A stretch of 64,000 nt of DNA, from the NCBI GenBank assembly GCA_963745025.1, contig CAVUWD010000008.1, forward strand, positions 192,001-256,000. Direction: 5' to 3'. The DNA is from an uncultured delta proteobacterium. GTDB lineage: Bacteria > Desulfobacterota > Binatia > JACPRU01. The translations under genes and the position numbers were made by a program. Below are positions 30,112 through 39,443 of the stretch, piece after piece (the first letter of the stretch is position 1; each line of letters begins with the position of its first letter). Below the pieces are notes generated by a model that saw nothing but the letters and a program-made list of their open reading frames with translations, searched no databases and was not told where the DNA came from.

Positions 30112-30525
30112 TCAGCCCTTGCGGATCATCTCGACCGAGATCGCGAACTTCTTGACGCCGGCCGAGCGCACCAGATCGAGCAGGCGGATCACGTCGCCGT
30201 ACGCCACCTTCTTGTCTGCGCTGACGAGGACCTGAACGTCCGCATTCGCGGCGACTTCCTTCTGCACGAGCCCGAGCACCTTGGACTCCTCGACGCGCTT
30301 GTCGTTCAAGTAGACCGCGCCGCTCTGGTCGACGAGGAAGTGGAGGCTTCGCGACGGCGGCTCGTCGGCCTTGGACACCTGCGGCAACTCCACCTTGACG
30401 GCGGGCGCCACGATGAAGCTCGCCGTCACCATGAAGATGATCAGCAGCACGAGAGTGACGTCGACCAGCGGAGTGACGTTGATGCCGGTGATCGTGTCGT
30501 CGTCGTCGTGAGAGGAACCAGCCAT
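30112..30525 (-). CDS. exbD: Biopolymer transport protein ExbD/TolR
   Basis: INVTPLVDVTLVLLIIFMVTA. Confidence 0.93.
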   Translation of the reverse strand: MAGSSHDDDDTITGINVTPLVDVTLVLLIIFMVTASFIVAPAVKVELPQVSKADEPPSRSLHFLVDQSGAVYLNDKRVEESKVLGLVQKEVAANADVQVLVSADKKVAYGDVIRLLDLVRSAGVKKFAISVEMIRKG

Positions 30526-30527
30526 GG

Positions 30528-31244
30528 TCAGGCGTTCTCCCGCAGCACGCGGACCTTCGGCTCCATCCTCGTGCCCGCCTTCAGGTGAGCGAGGATGATC
30601 CGCTCGATGGTCTCGGCGTTTGCGGCGAACTCCTTCACCTTCTTGTTGAAATAGTTGTAGGCGATGACTGCCGGAATCGCGACCAGCAGCCCCATCGCGG
30701 TGGCCACCAGAGCCTCGGAGATGCCGGTCATCACCGTCGTCGCGCCCGCCGCGGCGTTGCCCGCCTGGCCGAGATCGTGGAAGGCCTTGATGATGCCGAG
30801 CACGGTGCCGAACAGACCGAGGAACGGAGCGTTGTTGCCCATCGTGCCGAGAATCATCAGGTACTTCTCGAAGCGCAGGCGCTCGGCGACTTTGCGGCTC
30901 GCCATCATCTGCTCGACCGCTTGCTCGCCCTCGTCGAAGTGGTTGAGCGCGACCTTGGCGATTCGTGCTTCGGCACCCTTGGTGATGTCGGCGAGCGCGG
31001 TCGCGCCGTTCACGTCGTCACGGCCGAGCCGTTCGGTGAACGCCTCGATGAAGCGCTCGACCGGCGTGCGGTTGCGAAAGAAGTAGATCAGACGCTCGAT
31101 CATCACGGTGACGGAGAGGATGCTGGCGAAGATCAAGATCCACAGCACCCAGTCGCCGCCGATCAGCGTGAAACCCTTGAGAGCCTCGGTGATCGTGCTG
31201 CTGTTTTGGGAAAGCGCGGGAGTCGCTCCTGCGGTCGGTTCCAT
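30528..31244 (-). CDS. exbB: MotA/TolQ/ExbB proton channel
   Basis: NAPFLGLFGTVLGII and GISEALVATAMGLLVAIPA. Confidence 0.93.
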   Translation of the reverse strand: MEPTAGATPALSQNSSTITEALKGFTLIGGDWVLWILIFASILSVTVMIERLIYFFRNRTPVERFIEAFTERLGRDDVNGATALADITKGAEARIAKVALNHFDEGEQAVEQMMASRKVAERLRFEKYLMILGTMGNNAPFLGLFGTVLGIIKAFHDLGQAGNAAAGATTVMTGISEALVATAMGLLVAIPAVIAYNYFNKKVKEFAANAETIERIILAHLKAGTRMEPKVRVLRENA

Positions 31245-31409
31245 GAGCTGTCTTTCTCCTTCTCTACCGAGGGCGCGACGTCACGAGGTAGGCCGAGCAA
31301 CGACGATGGGAGGCGGCGGGTCCTCTTCGAGCGTGGTGCCTATATCATTGCGTTGGCGACGCGAGCGTAACCGATTTTGTCGTAGGAGGCTAGATCGGTG
31401 CGATGTTTC

Positions 31410-31454
31410 GGCCGGAGCCGGGGTCGCGACCAACGGGAGCCATCTGTGACGCAG
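31410..31454 (+). repeat. ~45-bp direct repeat, copy 2 (upstream of exbB)
   Basis: Matches 29130-29173; contains palindrome GGTCGCGACC. Confidence 0.8.
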
Positions 31455-31520
31455 TCACCCAGTGATGCATCCGCGAAGCCATACGGGGGGCGCGCGTTTC
31501 GCTGGAGGAGGCAGGCGGGC

Positions 31521-31773
31521 GTCTCCCCTCAGTCTTCGTCACGAATGCTGGGGGAAGATGGAGCGCGCGGTCGGTTGTGATCGACCCGAGTCCGGGCCGA
31601 TCACAACCGACCGCAGCCGCGCGGAGCGCGGGAGACAATAGCCCACCGAATCGGCCTATTGCGTTCAGCGCTTCGCGCTGTTGCGCTTGGTTTTCGTCGA
31701 TCCGAGTACGAATCGACGAAAACCAAGCGCGTTTTTTCGTGTCGCCGAGCATCCTACAGAGACTGAGGCCCTA
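31521..31773. mobile_element. MITE-like modular element flanked by the 9-bp direct repeat CAGGCGGGC
   Basis: Inverted homolog of 5640-5837 with one extra hairpin; DR at 31512-31520 and 31774-31782. Confidence 0.75.
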
Positions 31774-31854
31774 CAGGCGGGCCGACTTTGTTCTTGACTC
31801 GGAGGGTCGCGTGCCGGGAAACTGACCCCGCCACCCTCGGAGCGCTCGCAGGCG

Positions 31855-32541
31855 ATGATGCTGCGGCGTATCACCGATTGGCCGCTCGACGAGCGGCCGA
31901 GGGAGAGGCTCCTCGAGAAGGGCGCCGGCGCGCTTTCCGAGGCCGAGTTGCTGGCGCTGGTCTTGCGGACGAGCGGCGTTCGGGGAGAGACCGCCGTCGA
32001 TCAGGCGCGACGGCTGCTCTCGAGCCTAGCCGGCGTCGTCGGTCTGGGCAGGGCGACCGTGGCGGAGCTCGCGCGCCAGCGGGGGATAGGACCGGCGTCG
32101 GCGGCAGCAGTCGTCGCGGCTCTGGAGCTCGGCCGGCGCGCCGCATGCAGCCGAGTCGATCGTGGCGGCGCCTTCCGGACGAGTCTCGAGGTGTTCCAGC
32201 ATTTCCAAGGCCAGCTCACGCCGCTCGCGAAGGAAGTCTTCTGCGTCGTCTTGCTCGATGCCAAGCACCGCAAGATCCGCGACGTGCAGATCTCGGAAGG
32301 CTCGCTCACGGCGTCGATCGTCCACCCCCGTGAGGTGTTCGCTCCTGCCGTGCGCGACTCGGCGGCGGCGGTGATCCTGATCCACAATCATCCGAGCGGC
32401 GACCCCACGCCGAGCCCCGAAGATCTCGAGCTGACCCGCCGCCTCCGCCAGGCCGGCGACGTCATCGGCATTCGCGTTCTCGATCACATCATCATCGGCT
32501 CGCAAGCGCACTTCAGTTTCGTGGATGCGGGATATTGGTGA
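31855..32541 (+). CDS. radC: RadC family JAB-domain protein
   Basis: ERPRERL, VHPREVF, HNHPSGDPTPS and LDHIIIG motifs. Confidence 0.96.
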   Translation: MMLRRITDWPLDERPRERLLEKGAGALSEAELLALVLRTSGVRGETAVDQARRLLSSLAGVVGLGRATVAELARQRGIGPASAAAVVAALELGRRAACSRVDRGGAFRTSLEVFQHFQGQLTPLAKEVFCVVLLDAKHRKIRDVQISEGSLTASIVHPREVFAPAVRDSAAAVILIHNHPSGDPTPSPEDLELTRRLRQAGDVIGIRVLDHIIIGSQAHFSFVDAGYW

Positions 32542-32571
32542 GCGAGGCTACCGGCTGCCCGTAGCCGTCCC

Positions 32572-33009
32572 TCAGAACGGAATATCTTCCTCTTCCGCGG
32601 GCGCCACCGCGGGCTCTGCTCCCTGCGATTCGCGGGGCTCTGCTCCCTGCGATTCGCGCGGTTGCGCCCCGCCGCCGGCTCGTCCGCCGCCGAGGAACTG
32701 AACGCGCTGGGCGATGACCTCGGTGATGTATTTCTTGTTGCCTTCCTTGTCGTCGTATTGACGGCTGCGGATCGAGCCCTCGATGTAGACCTGTCGGCCC
32801 TTCTGCAGGTATTGTCCGCAGCTCTCGGCCTGCTTCCCCCACACCACGACGTTGTGCCACTCCGTTCGCTCCTGACGCGATCCCTCCGCGTCGTTCCAGA
32901 CCTCCGAGGTGGCAACGGAGAACCGAGCCACCGCTTTGCCCCCCGCCGTGAAGCGCACCTCAGGGTCCCGACCGAGATTGCCGACCAAAATGACCTTGTT
33001 GACGGACAT
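32572..33009 (-). CDS. ssb: Single-stranded DNA-binding protein
   Basis: [20 protein letters not shown]-terminal EDIPF; PRESQGAE duplicated in the linker. Confidence 0.98.
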   Translation of the reverse strand: MSVNKVILVGNLGRDPEVRFTAGGKAVARFSVATSEVWNDAEGSRQERTEWHNVVVWGKQAESCGQYLQKGRQVYIEGSIRSRQYDDKEGNKKYITEVIAQRVQFLGGGRAGGGAQPRESQGAEPRESQGAEPAVAPAEEEDIPF

Positions 33010-33031
33010 CGTTCGCTCCTAACGGTGATCC

Positions 33032-33106
33032 GCTCTCAGCGCTCGGCTCTCGGCTGAAGAGGATTCGCGATGTCTCTGCTGAGAGCCGAAGACCGACAGC
33101 CGATGC
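33032..33106. repeat. Hairpin with degenerate GCTCTCR heptamer arms in the ssb/plsC divergent region
   Basis: gctctcagcgctcggctctcggc ... gctgagagccgaagaccgacagccg. Confidence 0.55.
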
Positions 33107-33217
33107 CGGTTGCAGCTAATGCACCGCGGGAACGAAGAGTCAACGAGGGTCTCCCTCGCGTGAAACGCAACGTTTCGGCGAGTCGCCGCGTTGACTGCCT
33201 CGCGAGACGCAACCTAT

Positions 33218-33985
33218 ATGTTGCGGGTGAATCTCAGGATGCGGTTCGTGTACGTCCTGCGTGCGCTCGCCCTGGTCGTGAGCACTCTCATCGTCGTTCC
33301 GATCGTGGTCGTCGTTTGTCTCTTCGAGCAGGACGGCAAGCAGGGCTATCGGTTCGCGCAATGGTGGATGGCGTTCAATCTGTGGATGTCGGGCGTGCAC
33401 GTGAAGGTTCGGGGCCTGGAGAACCTCGATTCGAAGCGCCAGTACGTATTCATGTCCAACCATCGCTCGGCGGCTGACATCGTCGCGGTTGGCTGGGCGC
33501 TCTGGGCGTTTCAGATTCGGTTCGTGGCGAAGAAGGAGCTCCTCAGGGTGCCGATCTTCGGGTGGGGCCTCTGGGCGCTCAAGAACATCGTCATCGACCG
33601 CTCGAATCACGTGCAGGCGATGCGCAGCTACGCCGTCGCGGGGCAGCGGATCCACCGCGGGATCTCGGTGGTGGTCTTTCCGGAGGGGACACGCGGCGTG
33701 GGCGAGGAGCTTCTGCCGTTCAAGAAGGGCGGCTTCATGCTCGCGATGGAGACCGGCACGCCGATTGTGCCGGTCGCGGTGGTCGGCACTACGGCGATCA
33801 TGGCGAAGCACAGCTTGAGGATCGAAAGCGGCGAGGTGGAGGTGCGAATCGGCACGCCGATCGAAACCGCGGGCGTCGCATTCAAGGACAGGAACCAGAT
33901 CGTCGCGCGCGTCCGGGAGGCGATCGGCACTCTCGCGCGAACGCCCGCTCCGCAGCCGTCGTCGCAAGGCTCCTCGTCGTCGTGA
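33218..33985 (+). CDS. plsC: 1-acyl-sn-glycerol-3-phosphate acyltransferase family protein (start approximate)
   Basis: NHRSAAD, FVAKKEL, FPEGTR and PFKKG motifs. Confidence 0.9.
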   Translation: MLRVNLRMRFVYVLRALALVVSTLIVVPIVVVVCLFEQDGKQGYRFAQWWMAFNLWMSGVHVKVRGLENLDSKRQYVFMSNHRSAADIVAVGWALWAFQIRFVAKKELLRVPIFGWGLWALKNIVIDRSNHVQAMRSYAVAGQRIHRGISVVVFPEGTRGVGEELLPFKKGGFMLAMETGTPIVPVAVVGTTAIMAKHSLRIESGEVEVRIGTPIETAGVAFKDRNQIVARVREAIGTLARTPAPQPSSQGSSSS

Positions 33986-33999
33986 GTTCGTCGGAGCCG

Positions 34000-35682
34000 A
34001 TGGATCGCGGCCGGATTCGCGTGGTTCCCCTCGGAGGGCTCGGCGAGATCGGCCTCAACCTGATGGTCCTCGAGTACTATGGCGCCGGCTCGGATGCGGT
34101 CGAATCGGCGGTGGCGATCGATTGCGGCGTGATGTTCCCGGGCTTCGACACGCCCGGAATCGATCTGATCATCCCGGATCTGGGGTACCTGCGAGCCCTC
34201 GGCGAGCGGCTTCTCGGCATGCTCATGACGCACGGGCACGAGGACCATATCGGTGCGCTGCCCTTCCTGCTGCGCGAATGCGACATCCCGATCTACGCCT
34301 CGGCGTTCACGATGGCGCTCGTCGAGGCCAAGCTCGCCGAGCATCGTTTGCTCGACCGCATCCGGCGGACGACCTTCGCGCCGCGCGATCGCTGGCGTCT
34401 CGGTTCGTTCGAGATCGAGGCGCTGCACATGACGCACTCGATCGCCGACGCTGCCGGATTCGCGCTGCGCACTCCGCTCGGCACGATCGTTCACACCGGC
34501 GACTTCAAGATCGATCACACCCCAATCGACGGCAAGGTTTCGGACCTGGCGCGTCTCGGCGAGCTCGGCTCCGAGGGGGTGCTGCTGCTGTTCTCGGACT
34601 CCACCAACGTCGACCGCGCGGGTTCGACGCCCTCGGAGCGAACGGTCGGTCTCGGGCTCGAGCGGGTGTTCCAGCGCACCGCGGGGAAGCTTCTCGCCGC
34701 GACGTTCGCCTCGCACGTCCACCGCTTGCAGCAGATCATGGATCTGTCGGCGAAGTTCGACCGCAAGGTCGCGGTGGCCGGGCGGAGCCTCGTCCAGAAC
34801 GTGAGATTGGCGCGGGATCTCGGCAAGCTCTCCGCGCCGGACGACCTGTTCGTCGATCTCGAGGAATTGAAGGATCTTCCCCCCGAGCGCGTGACGCTCA
34901 TCGTGGCGGGCAGTCAGGGAGAGCCGCGCTCGGCGCTCTCGCGGATCGCCACCGACGACCATCCGATCCTCAAAGCGGGGCCCGGCGACGTGGTCGTGCT
35001 TTCGGTGCGCGTGATTCCCGGTAACGAACGGACAGTCACCACGCTCGTCAATCATCTCTACCGCCGAGGCGCCGACGTCTATTGGCAGGGGAGCGCGGAC
35101 ATCCACACCTCCGGCCACGCGAGCCAGGAGGAGCTTCGGCTCATGCTTCGCCTGACCCATCCGAAGTACTTCGTCCCCGTCCACGGCGAATATCGGCATC
35201 TGGTGAGACACGTGGCGCTCGCCGTCGAGACCGGCCTCGAGCGGGATCGCTGCTTTCTCCTGGAGGACGGCGATACGCTCGTCATCGACGAGGTCGGGGC
35301 AAGGCCCGGCGAGCGCGTCGAAGCCGGTCGAGTCTTCGTCGACGGCAAGGGAGTCGGCGACGTCGAGGAAGTCGTGCTGCGCGATCGGCGGCATCTCGCG
35401 GAGGGCGGTCTCGTGCTGGCGATCCTCGGCATCCACCCGACGAGCGGGGAAGTCGTCGCGGGCCCCGATCTGGTCTCGCGTGGCTTCCTCCTCGAGGGCG
35501 CGCAGCAGCCGCTCCTCGAGGAGGCGCGCGCGGCCGTTCTGGCGGGCCTCGACGCGATCAGCACCGAATCGCGCGGCGATCCAATGGAAGTGCAGGAGTC
35601 CGTCCGGCGCACCCTGAAGCGCTTCTTCGACAAGCGCCTCGACCGCCGCCCGATGATCTTGCCATTCGTCATGGAGATGTGA
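34000..35682 (+). CDS. rnj: Ribonuclease J
   Basis: PLGGLGEIG, THGHEDHIG, HTGDFK, SDSTN, HTSGH and PVHGE motifs. Confidence 0.97.
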   Translation: MDRGRIRVVPLGGLGEIGLNLMVLEYYGAGSDAVESAVAIDCGVMFPGFDTPGIDLIIPDLGYLRALGERLLGMLMTHGHEDHIGALPFLLRECDIPIYASAFTMALVEAKLAEHRLLDRIRRTTFAPRDRWRLGSFEIEALHMTHSIADAAGFALRTPLGTIVHTGDFKIDHTPIDGKVSDLARLGELGSEGVLLLFSDSTNVDRAGSTPSERTVGLGLERVFQRTAGKLLAATFASHVHRLQQIMDLSAKFDRKVAVAGRSLVQNVRLARDLGKLSAPDDLFVDLEELKDLPPERVTLIVAGSQGEPRSALSRIATDDHPILKAGPGDVVVLSVRVIPGNERTVTTLVNHLYRRGADVYWQGSADIHTSGHASQEELRLMLRLTHPKYFVPVHGEYRHLVRHVALAVETGLERDRCFLLEDGDTLVIDEVGARPGERVEAGRVFVDGKGVGDVEEVVLRDRRHLAEGGLVLAILGIHPTSGEVVAGPDLVSRGFLLEGAQQPLLEEARAAVLAGLDAISTESRGDPMEVQESVRRTLKRFFDKRLDRRPMILPFVMEM

Positions 35683-35694
35683 GCCTTTTTCGGC

Positions 35695-36046
35695 GGCTAC
35701 CGGCTACCGGCTACCGGCTACCGCTTCCGGCAAAGACTCCGAGGTGTCTTGCCGGTAGTCGGTCGTAACGCCGCAGTCTTCGCCTCGAATGCTTCGGAAC
35801 GACGAAGAGCACGACCGACCGCAACCGCGCGGAGCGCGGAAGGCAATGACGCACGAGATGGTCTATTGCTTTCCGCGCTTGCGCGGAGCGCGGAAGCCAA
35901 TCACCCACGAGATGGTCTATGGCTTTCCGCGCTTGCGCGCGGTGGCGGATCTTCCGGTCGACCCGAGCAGGGCCGACCGGAGATCCAGCGCTTCAGAAAT
36001 TTGCAGCGCGTGTGGCCAAGACGGAGGCATTACAGCCGGTAGCCGG
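35695..36046. repeat. Nested element: heptamer arms plus a 269-bp insert (35765-36033) with imperfect 20-bp TIRs and two 54-bp hairpin units
   Basis: gtaacgccgcagtcttcgcc / ggccaagacggaggcattac; units start at 35827 and 35881 with CACGAGATGG loops. Confidence 0.8.
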
Positions 36047-36091
36047 TTTCGGTTGCGGCTCACAAAAGAAAGGCATAGTTTTGGCAAAAGA

Positions 36092-36292
36092 ATGCCCCGC
36101 ACGCCGAACCATCTCCCGACCATCACGATCACGGTGTCGACGACCCCGCAGATCCGGAAATATCTCGTGCGGCTGGTGTCCACGGGCCTGTTCGGCAAGA
36201 ACGCCGCCGAGGCCGCCGAGCGCCTGATTGCGCGCAGCGTCGAGCAGCTCACCCGCGAGGGCATGCTGCCGCGCGGCCGCGGGCGTCGCTGA
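36092..36292 (+). CDS. Small RHH/CopG-like protein (66 aa)
   Basis: Beta-strand TITVST followed by helices LVRLVSTGLFG.N.AEAAERL; host-like codon usage. Confidence 0.6.
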   Translation: MPRTPNHLPTITITVSTTPQIRKYLVRLVSTGLFGKNAAEAAERLIARSVEQLTREGMLPRGRGRR

Positions 36293-36296
36293 GGCC

Positions 36297-36464
36297 AGGA
36301 GTTTGCGCCACGGATGGATTTCGAAGCGAAAATCGCCAGCCGCCGAGAGCGCCAGGAACCGACCCCGATCGCGTATCCGCGCGATACGCTGAGGGGTCGG
36401 CGACACGGCGATTCGCGGATGGATGGCGATTTGCAGCCGGAAGCCATCCGTGGCGCAGACTCCT
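36297..36464. repeat. 168-bp fold-back element with ~45-bp imperfect TIRs directly upstream of ftsK
   Basis: aggagtttgcgccacggatgg / ccatccgtggcgcagactcct; internal ccgacccc..gcgtatc..gatacgc..ggggtcgg stem. Confidence 0.75.
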
Positions 36465-36475
36465 AAGGGACCACG

Positions 36476-38743
36476 ATGGTGCGCGAGCGGGGAAAATCGA
36501 CTCGAAGCTCCTCGGTGCCGGAGTGGTGGCTCCGCGAGGCCGGCGCGCTGCTGGCGTGCGGGCTCTCGCTGTATCTCTTCGTCAGCCTGTGGTCGAGCCG
36601 CCTGACCGGCCAGGTCGGTAGCCACATCGCGGGCCCGCTTCGCGAGTTCTTCGGTTTCACGGCCTACCTCGTTCCACTCGCCGGGCTCGCGGCCGCAATC
36701 AACGCCATGCGCCGCCGCCCCGCATGGTCGACGTTACGATGGGCCGCGGGGGTCGGACTCATCGGGGCCGTGGCGATTCTCGTCGAGCTTCCGGGTTTCG
36801 ATGCCTCGTGTCCGAGCTACACCGAGCCGGCGCGCGCACACCTTCTCGGCGGCATCGCCGGTCAATTTCTCGCCGCGGTGTTGTGCGAGAATTTCGGAGT
36901 CGTCGGCAGCTACTGTTTCCTCGTTCCGCTCGTACTCTTGATGATCCTGGCGACGACGTCGACGTCCATCGGCGAGGGTGTGCGGAGAGCCGCGGAGCTC
37001 GTGCGCGGCGGGGGAGAGCGGATCACCGCGTGGTTCGAGCGTTGGAAGCGCGCGCCCGTGCCCGAGATTGCGCGTCTGTCGCGGCCGATCGTCGCCAAGC
37101 CGAACCTGCGCAAGAGTCGCGAGGCCGTCGAGCCGCCGCCGTCGATTCTCGTCGCCGAGGCGCCGAAGCGCTCGCCGGAGAAGCCGAAGAAGCCCTCCCA
37201 GGAAACCTTCCTCTTCGCCGGCAGCTTCAACTTGCCGTCGCTCAACTTTCTCGATCCACCAGTCCATTCGGCCGAGCGCGTCGACGAGCACTCGCTGATC
37301 GCCAGCTCGCGGATCCTCGAGTCCAAGCTCGCGGACTTCGGGGTCGCGGGGAAAGTGACGGCGGTCCGGCCGGGGCCCGTCATCAACACCTTCGAGCTCG
37401 AGCCCGCACCCGGCGTGAAGGTGAATCGCATCGTCACGCTTGCCGACGATCTGTCGATGGCGCTGCGCGCGATGAGCGTGCGCATCCTGGCGCCGATCCC
37501 CGGCAAGTCGGTGGTCGGCATCGAGCTTTCGAATCCGCGGCGCGAGAAGGTCTTCCTGCGCGAGATTCTCGAGAGCGACGAGTTCCAGACGACGGCGTCA
37601 CGGCTCCCGCTGGCGCTCGGCAAAGACTCGGTCGGGAAGCCCGTGGTCGCCGATCTCGCGCGCATGCCGCATATGCTCGTCGCCGGCGCGACGGGTACGG
37701 GCAAGTCGGTGTCGTTGAACGCGATGATCATGTCGATCCTCTACAAGGCCACGCCCGACGACGTGCGCTTCTTGATGATCGACCCGAAGATGCTCGAGCT
37801 CTCGCTCTACGAGAACATCCCTCATCTGCTGACGCGCGTGGTGATCGATCCGCGGGAGGCCTCGGCCGCGCTGACGCGCGCCGTGGTCGAGATGGAGAAT
37901 CGCTACAAGCTGCTGCGCGACAAGGGCGTGCGCAACATCGACAGCTACAACCGCGTGCTCGAGCGCGAGACGGAGGAAAAATCCGCCGGCGTGATCGAGC
38001 TCAAGGACGCCGAGTCGGAGGAGCCGTTCGCGGGTTTAGGGGAGAACGGGCCGGTCTCCGAGAAGCTGGTGCATCGCAGGCTGCCCTACATCGTGATCGT
38101 GATCGACGAGCTGGCCGACCTCATGTTGACCTCCGGACGCGAGGTCGAGGAACAGATCACGCGCTTGGCGCAGAAGGCGCGGGCGTCGGGAATCCACCTG
38201 ATTCTCGCCACGCAGCGGCCGTCGGTCGACGTCATCACCGGCCTGATCAAGGCCAACGTCCCCGCGCGCGTCTCCTTCCAGGTCACCTCGCGGATCGACT
38301 CGCGGACGATTCTCGACTCGATCGGGGCGGAACGCCTGCTCGGCGATGGCGACATGCTGTTCATGCCGCCGTCGACGCCGCGCCTCACGCGCATCCACGG
38401 CGCGTACGTGTCCGAGCCGGAGATCCGCAAGGTCGTCGGCTTCCTGAAGGATCAATCCCGCCCGGTCTTCGACCAGGACTTCACCCGCGCGATCGACGAA
38501 GCGCACGAGGAGAAATCGGAGGACGTCGAGGACGAGGGTCTCGCCGACGAGATGTACGACCAGGCTGTGCAGCTCGTCGCGGAGAGCCAGCAGGCCTCGA
38601 TCTCCTGGCTGCAGCGGCGGCTGCGCGTCGGCTACAACCGGGCCGCGCGCATGATCGAGCGCATGGAGAAGGAAGGCCTCGTCAGCCCGGCGGACGGCGT
38701 CCGGCCCCGCGAGGTACGCATGCGCCGGAGCGAGGCGCTGTGA
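36476..38743 (+). CDS. ftsK: DNA translocase FtsK
   Basis: 4TM N-terminus; GATGTGKS; IDELADLM; ATQRPS; gamma domain LQRRLRVGYNRAAR. Confidence 0.98.
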   Translation: MVRERGKSTRSSSVPEWWLREAGALLACGLSLYLFVSLWSSRLTGQVGSHIAGPLREFFGFTAYLVPLAGLAAAINAMRRRPAWSTLRWAAGVGLIGAVAILVELPGFDASCPSYTEPARAHLLGGIAGQFLAAVLCENFGVVGSYCFLVPLVLLMILATTSTSIGEGVRRAAELVRGGGERITAWFERWKRAPVPEIARLSRPIVAKPNLRKSREAVEPPPSILVAEAPKRSPEKPKKPSQETFLFAGSFNLPSLNFLDPPVHSAERVDEHSLIASSRILESKLADFGVAGKVTAVRPGPVINTFELEPAPGVKVNRIVTLADDLSMALRAMSVRILAPIPGKSVVGIELSNPRREKVFLREILESDEFQTTASRLPLALGKDSVGKPVVADLARMPHMLVAGATGTGKSVSLNAMIMSILYKATPDDVRFLMIDPKMLELSLYENIPHLLTRVVIDPREASAALTRAVVEMENRYKLLRDKGVRNIDSYNRVLERETEEKSAGVIELKDAESEEPFAGLGENGPVSEKLVHRRLPYIVIVIDELADLMLTSGREVEEQITRLAQKARASGIHLILATQRPSVDVITGLIKANVPARVSFQVTSRIDSRTILDSIGAERLLGDGDMLFMPPSTPRLTRIHGAYVSEPEIRKVVGFLKDQSRPVFDQDFTRAIDEAHEEKSEDVEDEGLADEMYDQAVQLVAESQQASISWLQRRLRVGYNRAARMIERMEKEGLVSPADGVRPREVRMRRSEAL

Positions 38744-39432
38744 GACGGCTGCCGGCTGCCGGCTACCGGCTACCGGGCGCGCTTCTGACGCTCGCGCTCT
38801 CGCTCGGGCTCTTCGCGAACGGCGTGCGGGCCGGTGCGTCGCAGCCGAAGGTCGGTGAGGTCGTGCGCAGGCTCCAGGCGCGTTACGACTCGACCAAGGA
38901 CTTCACCGCCGATTTCAGCGAGGCCGTCGAAGCGGCGACGCTCGGCAAGACGCTCGAATCGAGCGGTCAGGTGTTCTTCAAGCGGCCGGGACGGATGCGC
39001 TGGGAATTCGTCGAGCCCGAGCAGCAGACCATCGTCGCCGACGGCCAGACGCTGTGGGTCCATCAACCGGATCACCATCAGGTGCTGAAGGCGCCGTTCC
39101 GAGCCGCGTTCCAATCGGCCACGCCGATATCCTTCCTGTTCGGGGTCGGCGAGCTGGCGAAAGACTTCACCCCGTCTCTCGTCCCGATCCCCGGCACGGA
39201 CGTCATTCGCCTGAAGCTCGTGCCCAAGCAGGAGCACGAGATCGGCGTGCTCGTGCTCGACGTCAACCCGCAGACGTATGACATCGTCGCCGCGGAGGTG
39301 ACCGATCCGCTCGGCAACGTCACTCGCCTCAAGTTCTCGAACCTGAAGCGGGACGTCGGGCTCGAGGACTCGAAGTTCACCTTCACGACACCCCCCGGAA
39401 CCGACGTTGTCGAGCCGCCGGTAAATCCCTAA
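38740..39432 (+). CDS. lolA: Outer membrane lipoprotein carrier protein
   Basis: KRPGRMRWE, IVADGQTLW and FTFTTPPG motifs; follows ftsK with GTGA overlap. Confidence 0.92.
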   Translation: MRRLPAAGYRLPGALLTLALSLGLFANGVRAGASQPKVGEVVRRLQARYDSTKDFTADFSEAVEAATLGKTLESSGQVFFKRPGRMRWEFVEPEQQTIVADGQTLWVHQPDHHQVLKAPFRAAFQSATPISFLFGVGELAKDFTPSLVPIPGTDVIRLKLVPKQEHEIGVLVLDVNPQTYDIVAAEVTDPLGNVTRLKFSNLKRDVGLEDSKFTFTTPPGTDVVEPPVNP

Positions 39433-39443
39433 ACTCGGGGATC

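Noticed and set aside
32610-32660. 24-bp duplication in ssb
   Set aside because: Lies in the disordered linker, where length variation is ordinary
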